A stretch of DNA of 60,457 nt, the filler included, from Basidioascus undulatus (Eukaryota), in the NCBI GenBank assembly GCA_000826855.1. It is 9 parts of 9 records of this genome, joined end to end, with 100 filler letters (N's around TTAATTAATTAA, not from the genome) between each part and the next. Parts side by side here need not be neighbours in the genome. Positions count along the whole stretch, not along the records: positions 47,374 to 51,669 come from JTLS01002184.1; positions 51,770 to 56,064 come from JTLS01002185.1; positions 56,165 to 60,457 come from JTLS01002186.1; 6 more parts are not named here. One strand, written 5' to 3'. Each line of letters starts with the position of its first letter. Position 1 is the first letter of the stretch. The position numbers were made by a program, and so were the translations under genes. Shown in pieces: positions 49,501 through 60,457 of this stretch. The notes under the pieces are model-generated. The model saw nothing but the letters and a program-made list of their open reading frames with translations. It did no database searches and was not told where the DNA came from.

Positions 49501-50508
49501 TCAAGGCCCGCCGCCAACAACAGCTGCCGCCGCAGACCGGCGCAGCTCCTCCTCCCGCACTTCCATCTGCACCTCGCGCGTCAGCGCCCTCGCCATCCTG
49601 ATCGCCGACATCCAAGAACACGTACAGTGATGGCTGTAGCCAAGATGAGCTCGCGGTAGGTCATACCGTCCCCCCAAATCTCGATCGTGCCGCGACGGGA
49701 GAAGCTCCAGAACTTGTGCGAGAAGCGGGCGAGGACCTGACAGAGAAGCCGATCCGCCTGTTGGTACCGCTCCAAGTGGATGAGGCAAGGTGTGGATAAG
49801 TCTTACCTTCTTTGAGTCGACTTCGAGGAGGGTCAGGTTGCCGCTTGGGAAGGAAACTTGCACTCGGTCCCGTCTGTCGACGAAATGAGGTTTGCATTCA
49901 GTACGCCGCCAGCGCTCAGGCGTCGGGGAAAAGGTTACCAGGAAGAGTGAAGTAGCGCGTCCTGCTCAGTGACTCTCAGAATCTAGTCCACTTGACGGAA
50001 GTCACCACAAAAGCGCACCTCGAAAAGCGTCCCCTCTTCTCAAGCGGATAAGTCTTCCCGTCCATATCAACGTGAATCTCGCCCCCCGGCCTCCTCTGCC
50101 TCGAGATAAGCGCCACGACGCTCTTACTCCCCCGACCGCCCTTGAGCAAGCTGATCGTGTGGCTAAAGCACCCCCGGTCGTCCGCGAAGTACGCGACGTC
50201 CTTGCTATCCCTCGCGTCCTCGGGGCCGCCCTCGACAAGGCTCACGTCGTTCCAGCCTTTCGTCCAGAATGTGTATTTGAGGGATGGGAATTCTTTAATG
50301 ACCACTTCTTCGGGGAAGATTGCTATGAGATTTTGGGAGGAGTTGAGTGGGAGAGGGTGAAAGGGGGCGGAGACGGACCGTCCTCGAACCCACCCTGCGC
50401 TCTATCGGCGTCCGTGTATGCGGGCAAGCTGACCTCCGAGCGCGCAGGCGAGGCAAAAGCCTGGTCGGGGAGAATAGGATTGTTCGGGTTGGCAGCATAT
50501 GCAGACAT
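49501..50508 (-). pseudogene. DUF6593/tubby-C-like beta-barrel protein gene with one apparent 1-nt deletion
   Basis: Exons give RYFTLP|DGTECKF/PSGNLTLLEVDSKK|VLARFSHKFWSFSRRGTIEIW..ELILATAIT|MEVREEELRR*. The frame shifts at ~49853 (TTT CC TTC). Confidence 0.55.
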
Positions 50509-51669
50509 TTTGGAGATGTGATGTGCGGTTGTTGGGATGTGCAGGAACAGCAAGGCAAGGCCTTTATATTCCTTTCCGTCTACAACGCCGAGTGTCCAGA
50601 CACTGCCATTTCGGCAGCCATGCACATCCTCCGACTAGCATCTACAGTTGCTAAACACGTGAGTCGGGCTTTGTTCAGATGTACCGGCTTCGGACTGGGA
50701 CTTGACGGGCAAGATTAAATATGCCCGACGAGGCGGTGCTCTTCATTCGCACGCGTCGGGGATGGACGACCGGCCGCCTGTTCTTTGACGAAGCGTCGGA
50801 GAGAAATACATTGACGAATCCCAGGATTCGCACAAAGTGACGGAATCTTACGAAACGCAGATGCCGCAGATTTCGCATGTTTCCCTCTGTCAGAGTCAGA
50901 AATGGACTCGTTCAAAATGTGAGTAAATCATGTACTCGGTGGTTTTCACTCGCATTGCAAGCGCAAACGAGTCCACACATCCCTCATTTCCCTCGTCTGC
51001 AGCCCGACACCAACCGACACACGGCTGTACTCGCGAGCATCCACAGGCAGATGGAGCGCTCGTAGACTGGGTGGGTACATAAACCCTGTTCTGAAGAGTA
51101 AACGAAGTGAGCGGGAGACAGACTAGAAGAAAGTGCCAGCTGCGGCATTCAACGGAAGCTGCAAGGCGCAAGGCAGGCCCCGAGAGGAGGGTGGTTTGAC
51201 ACCTGAGGACCTATACGTCCCATCACATATTCAGCCTGCTCGCCGCGAGCGCAAGTACCGGTACCTCCGCCCGTTCGGACCTCACGATCCGAACGTTGCG
51301 GCCTCGAGGAGATGCAAAGGCAATCCGCCCAGAAGAGGGAGATTCTGTCTCATTTTGAAGGCGTCCATCAATTGACATATGTATGAAAGAGCTATGGGTG
51401 GGATGGCGGAGTGGTCGTGGAATGATCGGAGAGCGGTGATTGAGGAAGAGGCGCCGTTGAGGGAGTAGAGGACGATTGGGCGTAGGAAGAGATGGATGTG
51501 ACACCGCCTGGCCGATGTGTAGAAAGTAAGCGGATCTTCCATGTGCATTAAAGAACGTAATAAAGACAAGCGCAACGTCGGTAAACGCAGAAGGACGCAA
51601 GGCGCCGCGCGTGCTGCCTCGGTGATGCATGATAGGTGCAACAAAGATACGATCCATCCAGCGAACGCC

Positions 51670-51769
51670 NNNNNNNNNNNNNNNNNNNNNNNNNNNNNNN
51701 NNNNNNNNNNNNNTTAATTAATTAANNNNNNNNNNNNNNNNNNNNNNNNNNNNNNNNNNNNNNNNNNNN
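51670..51769. other. Artificial contig spacer
   Basis: N44-TTAATTAATTAA-N44. Confidence 0.99.
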
Positions 51770-52338
51770 GTATCAAGAGAAGTGTGTTCACTGTGTAAGA
51801 GAGGAGTGTAGGTGCAGGTCCTCACGGGGAGGGAGCAGAAAATGCTCGCCGTGCTGGCGCCTGCTCTGCAGGAACAGCTGGAGGCGGACGAGATCGCGGA
51901 GGAGGAGTACGCGGCAAGCGCGAGCGGAAGGGGCAGGGGGAGGCGGCGCTCCCTACGCCAGAGAGCTCGTTTGGGGGGAGCGCGGTGGGGGCGGGGGTGA
52001 AGAGGGCGTGGAGCGGGGAGGAGGATGAGGAGGAGGTGCGAGAGCGTTTGAAGGGAGATGCGCCGTGCGTTTGTTTGTTTTCAGGTTTCTGTTCCCCCAT
52101 GTACCACCCCCTCGCAATCCGTATATCCTCTCGCTCACGTCGCTCCGTTCTCTCGTGCTCCCGCAAATCCCAGCCCCGCATTGTTTCCCTGCACCAGTAG
52201 CTCGTCGTACCCTGCCTGTCTCCGCAAACACGATAACTCTCCATCGTCGTTATCTCTTACCACACCCTGTTGCTGCTGCTGCACAGATTGCATCGCCTGT
52301 TTCAAGCTGCGCAGCATCATATTGGGATTGTCAAAGTA

Positions 52339-53417
52339 CTACAGCCGCAGCTCGATGCCAGGGCCCTGAGTCGAGGACAGGAAAATGTTCTTGATCGCGA
52401 CGGCTGAGGGTTGGGAGAGGAGAAGGGAGAAAATAAGAGTCTGCGGTGGGGGGAAGGTGGGGAGGCGGGAGCGGGGAGGGAAGTGGGACACGTACTCCGT
52501 CGAGGCGCGTCGGAGAGCGCGTCGGCTGAGGAACCCTCGCGGATCGCAGAGACGAACGCCTGCACGTTCGCTTCCAGCTCTTCGGCAGTGAAGTGGATCT
52601 GGGAGAAGGGACGGGGGATGTCAGGTTTCCCGTCGCGTGGGCTGCTCCGAGCCGCTCCCCAGCAGCGGCCCCGTGAACCGAATGCAAGATGGAAGGAAGA
52701 CGCAGACTCACCCGCCCCACGGGCGCCTTGATCACGCCCACCCGGTCGGCCTTCCACGCCATGGTGCCCGTCGCGGTCTTGAGCGCGCTCGCGAGGTCGT
52801 CGGTGACGGTGCCGCGCTTGGGGGCGGGCATTAGGCCCTTGGGCCCGAGAAAGCGCGCGAGGTGCTTGGTCACGGTGGGGTGCATGGCTGTGGTGGAGAG
52901 GACCTTGGTGGGGAGGGGGATCTTGCCGGAGAGCAGCTGAAAGCGATAAACACCCCCGCATATGAGTCTCGCAGTCGAAGAAGAGGAGATGAAGGGGAGG
53001 AGGGGAGGGTGGAATAGGAAGAAGACGCACGTCCTTGGCGAGCTCCTCACCGCCCACGATGTCCGCGCCCGAGTCCTTGGCCTCCTGCGCCTGCTCCCCC
53101 TCCGCAAACACGAGCACGGTCTCCTTCATCCGGCGCGGGTCGCGCGGGAGCGCGATGCTCCCCCTGGGCGGGGCGTTCCCGCGCTCGAACCGGGTGATGA
53201 CCGTGAGGTCGAACGCGGACCAGGGGCGCGTGGCGTCGACCGCGCGCAGGACGGCGTGCGCGTCCGCGACGGAACGCGCATCGGGGTTGATGGGCGTTTT
53301 GGACTTCTTCTTGGCGCGGAGGACGGGGGTCGTCGAGAGCGCGCGGGTCGTGGTGGGCTGAGCGGGAGAGGGAAGGGAGAGGAGGCGGAGAGACCGCCTG
53401 GATGGTGCCGAGAACAT
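52339..53417 (-). CDS. MRPL1: Mitochondrial ribosomal protein uL1m
   Basis: Presequence MFSAPSRRSLRLL, RGSIALP, VLVFAEG..AKDSGADIVGGEEL, ARFLGPKGLMPAPKRGTV and IFLSSTQGPGI. Confidence 0.92.
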
Positions 53418-53643
53418 GGCTGATATAGTTGGAGGGAAGAGAGGGCAAAGAGGACTGGGGGAGGAGGAGGAGGAAGAGTACGAACAAGGAAGAAGACACC
53501 CGTTGGGCTCTCGCAGGGGCAGCCATCCGCGAGCCATCCGCGGAGCGGACCTGCGAGCGGGCCCGTGACGCTGCCTCCCAACCCCTCTCGCCAGCAACAC
53601 ACTACCACCATCCCACCACCTTCAACATTTTGATATTTCCACA
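53418..53643. promoter_or_regulatory. Putative bidirectional promoter between MRPL1 and GDI1
   Basis: Only 226 bp separate the two divergent start codons. Confidence 0.55.
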
Positions 53644-54410
53644 ATGGATGAGGAGTACGACGTGCGTACTACCATAGTCCAGCTCAGCCCCAGCTCGAAG
53701 CGCCGTCTGACACCGCCCGAGGCTTCTCCCTCCAGGTCATCGTCCTCGGCACCGGCCTGACCGAGTGTATCCTCTCCGGCCTCCTCTCTGTCGACGGCCA
53801 GAAGGTCCTCCACATTGACCGGTGCGCACCAGTCTCTGCACTGCTTGGGAGCTGGGTGCTCGGGAGCTGGGAAGGGGCGCTGAGAGCAGGGTAACAGGAA
53901 CGACTACTACGGCGCCGAGTCCGCCAGCTTGAACCTCACCCAGGTCCGCCGCTGCAGCGCGCTTCCCACCAGCCGTGCTTGGCACTGACACTTCCTTGTT
54001 GAACATTCTAAACAGCTTTACAAGAAGTTCAAGAACGCTGAGCCTCCGAAAGAGCTGGGGCGCGATCGCGACTATGCGATCGACCTGATCCCCAAGGTAC
54101 ACATCCCACCCCCGTGCCTCTCCTCCCACCCTCTCACACGCCGTCTCACCCCCCACCCCCACGCGCAGTTCATCATTGCCTCCGGCGAGCTGACCAAGAT
54201 CCTCGTGCACACGGACGTGACGCGCTACCTCGAGTTCAAGCAGATCGCGGGCTCGTACGTCCAGCGCGACCGCACGGTTGCGAAGGTGCCCTCGACCGAG
54301 ATGGAGGCTGTCCGCTCGAACCTCATGGGCCTGTTTGAGAAGCGCCGCGCGAAGAACTTCTTCCAGTACATCCAGAACTGGAGGGAGGACGATCCCGCTA
54401 CGCCCCAGGG
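53644..54410 (+). pseudogene. GDI1: Rab GDP-dissociation inhibitor, 5' third only (truncated/chimeric)
   Basis: [102 protein letters not shown] similarity ends abruptly and no later GDI exons occur in the remaining 1.65 kb. Confidence 0.85.
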
Positions 54411-56064
54411 CAAGATACGAGGCGGGACTGGACGCGGATCCGCCGGATCGGGAGGCGGAGCCGGGGTGCGTTGAGCTGCCTTCCCCTCCCTTATGCTTGC
54501 CATCTGACAGTAAGTTCTTTCATGCTGTCAGGTACATGATGCTCCGAGACGGGATCTATGTCGAATGCGCAGGCCGGGAAGTCAGGGTCTTCGATCTCGG
54601 AGCGGAGAGGAAGGACATGGACGCGGGCGCAGAAAGGCAGGGAGACGAGAAAGAGCGGAAGATCAGGGGGAAAGCACGATGTGTGGAGCCGCTGTGCAGG
54701 AAGGAAGTACCGTTCGAGGTCAGTGTGTCTGTTGTGGATCGGACAGGGTGGGCGAAAGCCTCGCAGTCGACTCATAGACGGGCGGAGCAGGTGTCCGAGG
54801 TGGAAATTGATCCGTCTCAAGATCTGTGGGTCGTTTACCTCTTCAGGATTCTTGAAATCCACGCCTCTTACGCTGGGCGTTCTTCAGACTTGTCCTAGTC
54901 GAAGCGACCCCCTCGTGCGTCATCTTCCTTTCTCGCCCTCCCTTCCCTCCCGCTAACCTCCCCCACCCCCAGTCCCATCGTCCCCAACCGCGTACACCTA
55001 ACTCTACACCTCTACACGCTCTCCACGTGCAGCCCTCACCCGCTCGCGGCGCACCCGGCGCTTCACGACGCGCACCTCCTCTTCTGCGACCGCGACATCG
55101 TGCGCGTGCGGCCCTCCGCGTCGCTCGTCCAGATGCACGTTGCCGGCGACCACCTCGGCTTGCTTACCGATGGGCGGCTCGCGTTTGTTTGGACGTGGAA
55201 GACGGGAATGGTCGAGGACGTTGTGGTGCGTAGCGGTCTTCTCTCGAGGCTGCCATCTCGGGTATGGGCTTGCTGGTTGAGGACGTAATGGTTGGAGTGA
55301 TAGGTCGTCGAGCCCTCAGCCGGCACAGTATTCACCTCCTTCGTCTTCCTCACGCTCGACACGCTCCTCCTCGCCTCCACCAGCCGTCTCCAAACCGGCG
55401 AGACCTCCACCCTCCTGCTCGTCCCCCTAACCAGCATCTCCCCCACCTCACCTTCCCCCTCATCCACCTTCTCTCCCTCATCCACCTCCTCTCCCTCATC
55501 CACCTCCTCTCCCTCCCCCGCCCCTCCACCGGCCCCGACGATCCTGCACCTCCCACGCTGCGCGCCCACCTTCTCCCTCTTCTTCATCGAGACGTATCTC
55601 CGGCCCTCGCCCCGGGTCCCGAACCCATCCACCCTCTCCCCCTCCCACGCACGCACGAACGCACACCCCCCGCTGCCTGACCGCGCGGTGCTCGTCCTCG
55701 AGCTTATGGCCCTCGCGCAGCCCCCGCCGCAGGGGCAGGGGCAGGTCGAGCTCGATACGGAGCGGCTAAGCATCGTCGTGCCTGTTAAGATCCTGCTTGA
55801 TTTGCTTGGGAAGCCTGGTGGCGGGGAGCGCGGCGAGGGCGAGGGCGAAGAGGCGGAGCGGGATCTGCAGTGGGAGGAGTGGGCCGGCGAGCGTGTGCGG
55901 ATATTCGAGGTGCGCTTGACCCCTCCCATAATTTCCGTCTGTCGCGAAACTTGAGGCCTAACGAAATCGCACAATCCGCAGGGCGTCTTCCCCACCCAAG
56001 AATTCGCCGTCGACGGCGAGCGCGTCGTCTTCTATAGCGACGACGACTCCCTCCCTACCCCCCC
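54411..56064 (+). CDS. Body of a basidiomycete F-box-family protein gene (N-terminal F-box/start missing; 3' end off contig)
   Basis: Clean exons EIDPSQDL|LVLVE, LHLYTLSTCSPHPLAAHP, HVAGDHLGLL, VWTWKTG, SFVFLTLDTLLL and LQWEEWAG, typical of a fungal F-box family C-terminal region. Confidence 0.65.
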
Positions 56065-56164
56065 NNNNNNNNNNNNNNNNNNNNNNNNNNNNNNNNNNNN
56101 NNNNNNNNTTAATTAATTAANNNNNNNNNNNNNNNNNNNNNNNNNNNNNNNNNNNNNNNNNNNN
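56065..56164. other. Artificial contig spacer
   Basis: N44-TTAATTAATTAA-N44. Confidence 0.99.
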
Positions 56165-56188
56165 AGCGCTGGTTCTCCGCTTAGTCGA

Positions 56189-57450
56189 TCAATCAACTTC
56201 TCGGCACTCTTCCAATTCGTCCCCGGTCGACCCGCCCCCCGCCGACGCCGTCGCGTGCGCGCCCGAGTCCGTCCCTGAAGAGCCCGAATCCGCGTCCGTC
56301 GCACTTGGGATGGAACCGAGGGAGGTCTGGATGTCGAGCGCTGTTACGGAGAGGGAGGCGAAGCCTACTGCTGGGGATGGGGAATACCTTTTCGTTTCTC
56401 ACTTCCTAATCAGCTTCCCGGAAAAAGGAAAAGAAACAAGAGACAGAAGGACGGAAGGAAGGAAGAAAGGGGGTAGGAGGTTGGGAAGGCGACCTACCGG
56501 AAGTGCGTATAAACGTTCTTCAAAAACGCGTCGCCGACGATCCAGTCTGGGCCGTTCGCGCCGAGGTCGAGGTCGAACAGCGCGCCGATGCAGCGGCCGG
56601 GGGAGATCGTGCCGAGGGAGAAGTCGGCGGGGGCGAGGGCGTAGGTCCGGCCGTTGAAGGTCAACTGGAGGAGGACGGAGGTCTCGCATGCTGTTCCCGA
56701 TTTCTCCTGATCAGTCAGGAAACGGGGAAGGGACGGGAAGGGGTGGGGTGGGGAGGTGGAAGGAAAGTGAGGGGAAGGAGACGAACGATAGCTCCAATAA
56801 CCCTCCCACGTCCCACTCTCTTTCCGACTGCCGTCCACGCGGGCAAACGCAGCAGCCACGTCTGCAGCAGGCCCGCCGATGAGCGTCGTACCGCTGTCGA
56901 TTCCGGCTGTTATGGGGGTGGAGGTGGAGTTGAGGAGGGGTGTTGATTGAATCGCCAGGCCTGATTGAGTTGGGGGGTGTTAGGGCGTAGAGCAGGAGAG
57001 AGGGAAGAGGGATAGGGAGAGGGGGGAGAAAGAGGGAAGGGAAGAGGGAGCGGGGGAAGGGAGACGCACCGAACAGCTCCACAAGCCAGTATGATTCCGC
57101 CACGAGCGGGACCCAATTGAACTCGCCCGAGTAGTACGATTCCTCCGGCGGTCCCAGCACAAACTGTTCCCCCCACCCCATCCCAACCACACTTTCATCA
57201 GCCTCCTCCTTCCCCCTCCTTCCTCCTTCTTCCTCCTCCCTTCTCCCTCCTTCCTCCTTCCAACGAGAAGAAAGAACGAAGACGCACCACCCCCCCCTGC
57301 TCCGCTGCCCCGGCCCCGCGATTGCCCTTCATCCGGCTGAGGAGGAATGAGAACCCGACCCCTGCGTCGCTAGAAGAGGAGGAGCTGGTGGTGATCGCGT
57401 TCGCGTCCGCGAGGGTCTGCCACAGGGGCGTGGAACGAGAGGAGTGAGTG
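56189..57450 (-). pseudogene. Pepsin-like (A1) aspartic protease, C-terminal lobe only
   Basis: TPLWQTL, FSFLLSR, YYSGEFNWVP..YW, IDSGTTLIGGP, WIVGDAFLKNVY and VGFA are present. No signal peptide, start codon or first DTG/DSG motif was found between 57450 and the COX8 copy at 57954. Confidence 0.75.
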
Positions 57451-57953
57451 GCCGGCAATGATGATGTTTAAAGGATGAGAGACGAGACGATGACTGAAGC
57501 TCGAAAATAAGGATTCGAAAGCGAGAGATGAGAGAGCGAGGGAGAAAGCAAAGGACGAGTAGCGAGTGAGGACGAGGGAAGGACAAGAAAGCAAGAACGC
57601 GGCGATCAGCGATCCGCGAGCGGAACGAGCGAGTCTAGCCCGGCTATCGGCCTTTGTAGGAATACATTCGCTGCAACATGACAACATGTTGATGAAAGAT
57701 GAACAAAAGATCCTTCCCTGCTGTCCGAAGCCCAACCGTTAAACCTGAGGTCATGAAGCGCGTGAGCAAGTGAGCGGGTCACCATTTCTCGGAGGCCGAG
57801 GTCAGTACCCATCCATGCCCTCCTTTTCGACGGCCGCCAACGCTCCCAACAAGAACCCACAGAGCTATAAGAAGTGGTGTTCTCCTCTAATCCATCAATT
57901 CAGCTCCACCCCGACTAACACATCGGCCTTCCGAGGCGACGTAAAAAGGGAGT

Positions 57954-58365
57954 TCAAGCCTTGTTCTATTTTGGAAAGGGCGAGTGGAGTCAGCGGATGC
58001 AAAGAACAATGCATCGCAGGGATATGGGATGAGAGGCAAAGGACAAACGATGTATCGCACATCTGATACGCAGCCGCGACAAACGGAAGCGCAAAGCCGT
58101 GCTCACGAAGGCGACATCTTGAACGCCAAAGGGCCGCGCTTGGTCATGTTGAAGGGCATGGTCTGGGTTCCCATCCATAACCTCATCAACTTTCTTGGCC
58201 TGCTTCGAAGTAGGAATAGGGGCGGGAGCAGGGGAAAGGGAAGGGGAAGGGTTGGAGAGGGAAGACGAGGGGGAAGACGCACGTCGTGCACCTTGTTCTC
58301 GACGTGGAACGATCGGCGAGGCGCGGGGCTTGCTGGGCGGCGCGATGGGCGAGGAAGAGGGCCAT
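57954..58365 (-). pseudogene. COX8: Tandem duplicate of COX8 (COX7C family), frameshifted
   Basis: Same three-exon structure as 58999-59381 (MALFLAHRAAQQAPRL../FHVENKVHD|TMPFNMTKRGPLAFK../FALPFVAAAYQ|NKA*), but about four 1-nt deletions are needed to read it. Confidence 0.85.
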
Positions 58366-58998
58366 TCTGCTGTGTTCTGGTTGAGAAAGGAAGGGAGAAG
58401 GGAGAAGGGAGTGTGCGAGATGGAATGGGGTGAAAGGAGGTGAGCGAGGATGAGCGGGGTACAGAAACCCGCTTGACGAGGTTATTCGTCTTCTTGAGCC
58501 CGTGATGAGTGCCGGGCGATGTCGGACTGCTCAGCTGCAGGTCAGTGGAGAAGGGAAACGGCCGCGAGGCCCGGCGCAGGGTGAAGAAGGAAGTGAGCGA
58601 GGGAAAGAACCGCGGTGAGTTCGGGAGTTTGCGAGCAAGGCGTGGGTCGAATGAAAGCCGGAGTAGAAGGTCTTCCGCCCTCCCCACCACATGTGCCATC
58701 TCTCACCGTCATCCGTTGTTTACCAACCCGCCGTTCGCCGGCCAAGATCAGTCCAACACCGCTTGGGGCGATCGAGACGAGCCAGCGAGCGAGGATCAGC
58801 GAGGTGAGTGAGGGCTTCGCCTTTGCCCCAGCCCAGCGTACACCAACGACCAACACACCCATTCCTCACAGGAAAGCACAGAGAAGAACGCAATATGTGC
58901 GTGATCCGTCTAGTCCTGCTTCCACCACCTCTTCCAACCCAGCCCCAGCCCCAGATCCCAGCTTCCCGGCTCGACGGAGAGGGAGAGAGGGAGCGCAT

Positions 58999-59381
58999 TT
59001 AGGCCTTGTTGCTGGATTTTAAAGGTGCGTCAGCAGGGGAGGGGGAAGGTGGAAGGTGGAAGGGGTAAGGAAGGGAGACGGGGGACGGACAGCTGGTACG
59101 CGGCCGCGACGAAGGGGAGCGCAAAGCCCGTGCCGAGGAAGGTGACGATCTTGAACGCGAGGGGGCCGCGCTTGGTGGTGTTGAAGGGCATGGCCTGTTA
59201 CCCCCACCGTCCCCCACACGCCCACATCCCCACTCATCGCATTCAGCATCCTTCGTCTTGCCGGGGACTGGAAGAGAAGAGGGGAGACGCAACGCACGTC
59301 GTGGATCTTGTTCTCGATGTGGACCGAGCGGGCGAAGCGCGGGGCCTGGAGGGCGGCGCGGCGGGCGAGGAGGAGGGCCAT
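58999..59381 (-). CDS. COX8: Cytochrome c oxidase subunit VIIc family (fungal Cox8)
   Basis: MALLLARRAALQAPRFARSVHIENKIHD|AMPFNTTKRGPLAFKIVTFLGTGFALPFVAAAYQL|NKA*; intact. Confidence 0.88.
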
Positions 59382-59955
59382 TGCTTCGTGCGTAAGGGGT
59401 GAGTGGGTGAGGAGGTGTGCAGGGATGGGAGGTGAGCGAGACGAGAAGAGCGCACGCGCGGGCGGCGGTCGGCGGCGTTTCGTGAATCGCTGGAACTGAG
59501 CCGGTTCCGGGGAGCGTCCGGGGGTGCCAAGGGGGTGTCTTGACGCTTGCTTGAGGACTTGTAGCTTGCGAGGGTCTTCTTTTTACCATCATTTCCTGCA
59601 CACTGGTGTTGAAATTTTCAGGCGCAGTGCGCATCACTGAGCACAGCGGCATGCGTTGTCGTCGTTCAGCAACAGCTGTACCTACTGTACTCACACAACA
59701 CGATTCCTCCGTGACCGAACGCCGCGACGGAGCCCGGAATCACGGCGAACGGCGACTCAGCCAGCACTCCTGCTGGCACACGCTGTGCTCTGGTTCGCGC
59801 TGTGCTCTGTCATGGCGGACAGCCCTGAAGACTCGATTCACAATCCGTCGGAGCTGCGCCATCACCATCACCATCGACCTCCTCGTTGGATCTTGGATCT
59901 TCCACACACAGCTGGCGCTCATCCTTCCTTCCATCCCAGCAGCTGTCGATCGGCC

Positions 59956-60457
59956 ATGGCCTCGCCGCCTCCTCCTCCTCACACTCATGCTCACCGACAA
60001 AGCAGTCTCTTCCCCGCGCACCTCTCGCGTTCCATCAACTCGCCCCCTGCCCCTCCGCCGGACGCGCGCAGCCGCGCGCGGCACAGCCTCCCCGCCCCCC
60101 CGCCTGCGACGCGGGAGGAAAGCCTCTTGCGCGCGGAGAGCGTGCGCGTTGGGATGGGCCGGCTCGGTCTTGAGGGCAGTGCTAGGGGAGGAGAGGAAGA
60201 GGTGTGGGATCCCGGGTGGGCTCAGAGGCCCCAGACGCCCGCGCCGAGCTATTCGGACGCGATGGCATCGCCGCCGGTTCAGTTTCCTATGAGAGGCGGA
60301 GAATTACCGCCGTTCGTGTCCACACCCACACGACTCCCACAACCACGATCACAGCCCACCCATCTCTACGCAAACCACTGCCCCTCTATCCAGCCCCTCT
60401 CGCCCTCCCGTCCTCCCCTCATCTCCGCCCACCTCACCATCGACTTCGAGGTGGACC
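59956..60457 (+). CDS. Hypothetical Pro-rich protein, 5' part, divergent from COX8
   Basis: ATG at 59956 (GCCATGG) opens a frame MASPPPPP..TPAPSYSDAMASPP with intron-like GT..AG segments; no family recognised. Confidence 0.35.
   Translation, partial: MASPPPPPHTHAHRQSSLFPAHLSRSINSPPAPPPDARSRARHSLPAPPPATREESLLRAESVRVGMGRLGLEGSARGGEEEVWDPGWAQRPQTPAPSYSDAMASPPVQFPMRGGELPPFVSTPTRLPQPRSQPTHLYANHCPSIQPLSPSRPPLISAHLTIDFEVD

Noticed and set aside
51770..52070. Exon-like acidic frame (EQLEADEIAEEEY..LPTPESS) at the contig start
   Set aside because: Probably the 3' end of an unknown gene, but too short and ambiguous in frame to call.
1837..54410. Apparent clustering of trafficking genes (TBC GAP, BEM1, SNX, GDI1)
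   Set aside because: They are on separate unlinked contigs, so the co-occurrence is coincidental.
4309..56164. Eight regularly spaced TTAATTAATTAA motifs within N runs, about 4.4 kb apart
   Set aside because: Artificial all-frame-stop linkers. The periodicity reflects length-sorted contigs (4308, 4307, 4303, 4302, 4300, 4296, 4295, 4293 bp), so gene neighbourhoods across spacers are meaningless.

Overview
Eukaryotic, GC-rich, intron-dense fungal DNA. It is probably a basidiomycete, most like Pucciniomycotina/Microbotryomycetes; this is an inference from the GTGCGT/GTGCGC/GTCCGT donors, the short introns and the gene families. The window is nine unlinked contigs joined by artificial 100-nt spacers (N44-TTAATTAATTAA-N44): one of 25.3 kb and eight of about 4.3 kb. 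Core genes that appear intact where traced: ATG4 (3' end), a TBC Rab-GAP, a DNAJC7-like J-domain 3' end, URK1, SGT1, an RRM-only PPIE-like gene, YSH1/CPSF73, MTF1, DUF3074, CUE3/ASCC2, a BEM1-like gene, a PX-BAR sorting nexin, a PHD-chromodomain gene, REV7, MRPL1 and COX8. Many accessory genes are disrupted, mostly by 1-nt deletions and premature stops: an aldo-keto reductase, a CE16 esterase, a 3beta-HSD-like SDR, several F-box/LRR genes, a DUF6593-like gene, a tandem COX8 copy and a 5'-truncated aspartic protease. The most notable observations are (i) a mitochondrial/bacterial-type class II tRNA-Tyr joined directly to a protoglobin-like coding exon, probably a NUMT insertion; (ii) GDI1 cut off after about 150 codons and joined out of frame to the body of an F-box-family gene; (iii) a PHD finger lacking its first Cys pair, with a CxRPDC motif before a chromodomain; and (iv) a ~700-bp CpG-free relic at the 5' end of an F-box pseudogene. 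I found no CRISPR array, prokaryotic operon or clearly new multi-gene system. All exon models and family calls were made by eye, without database searches.
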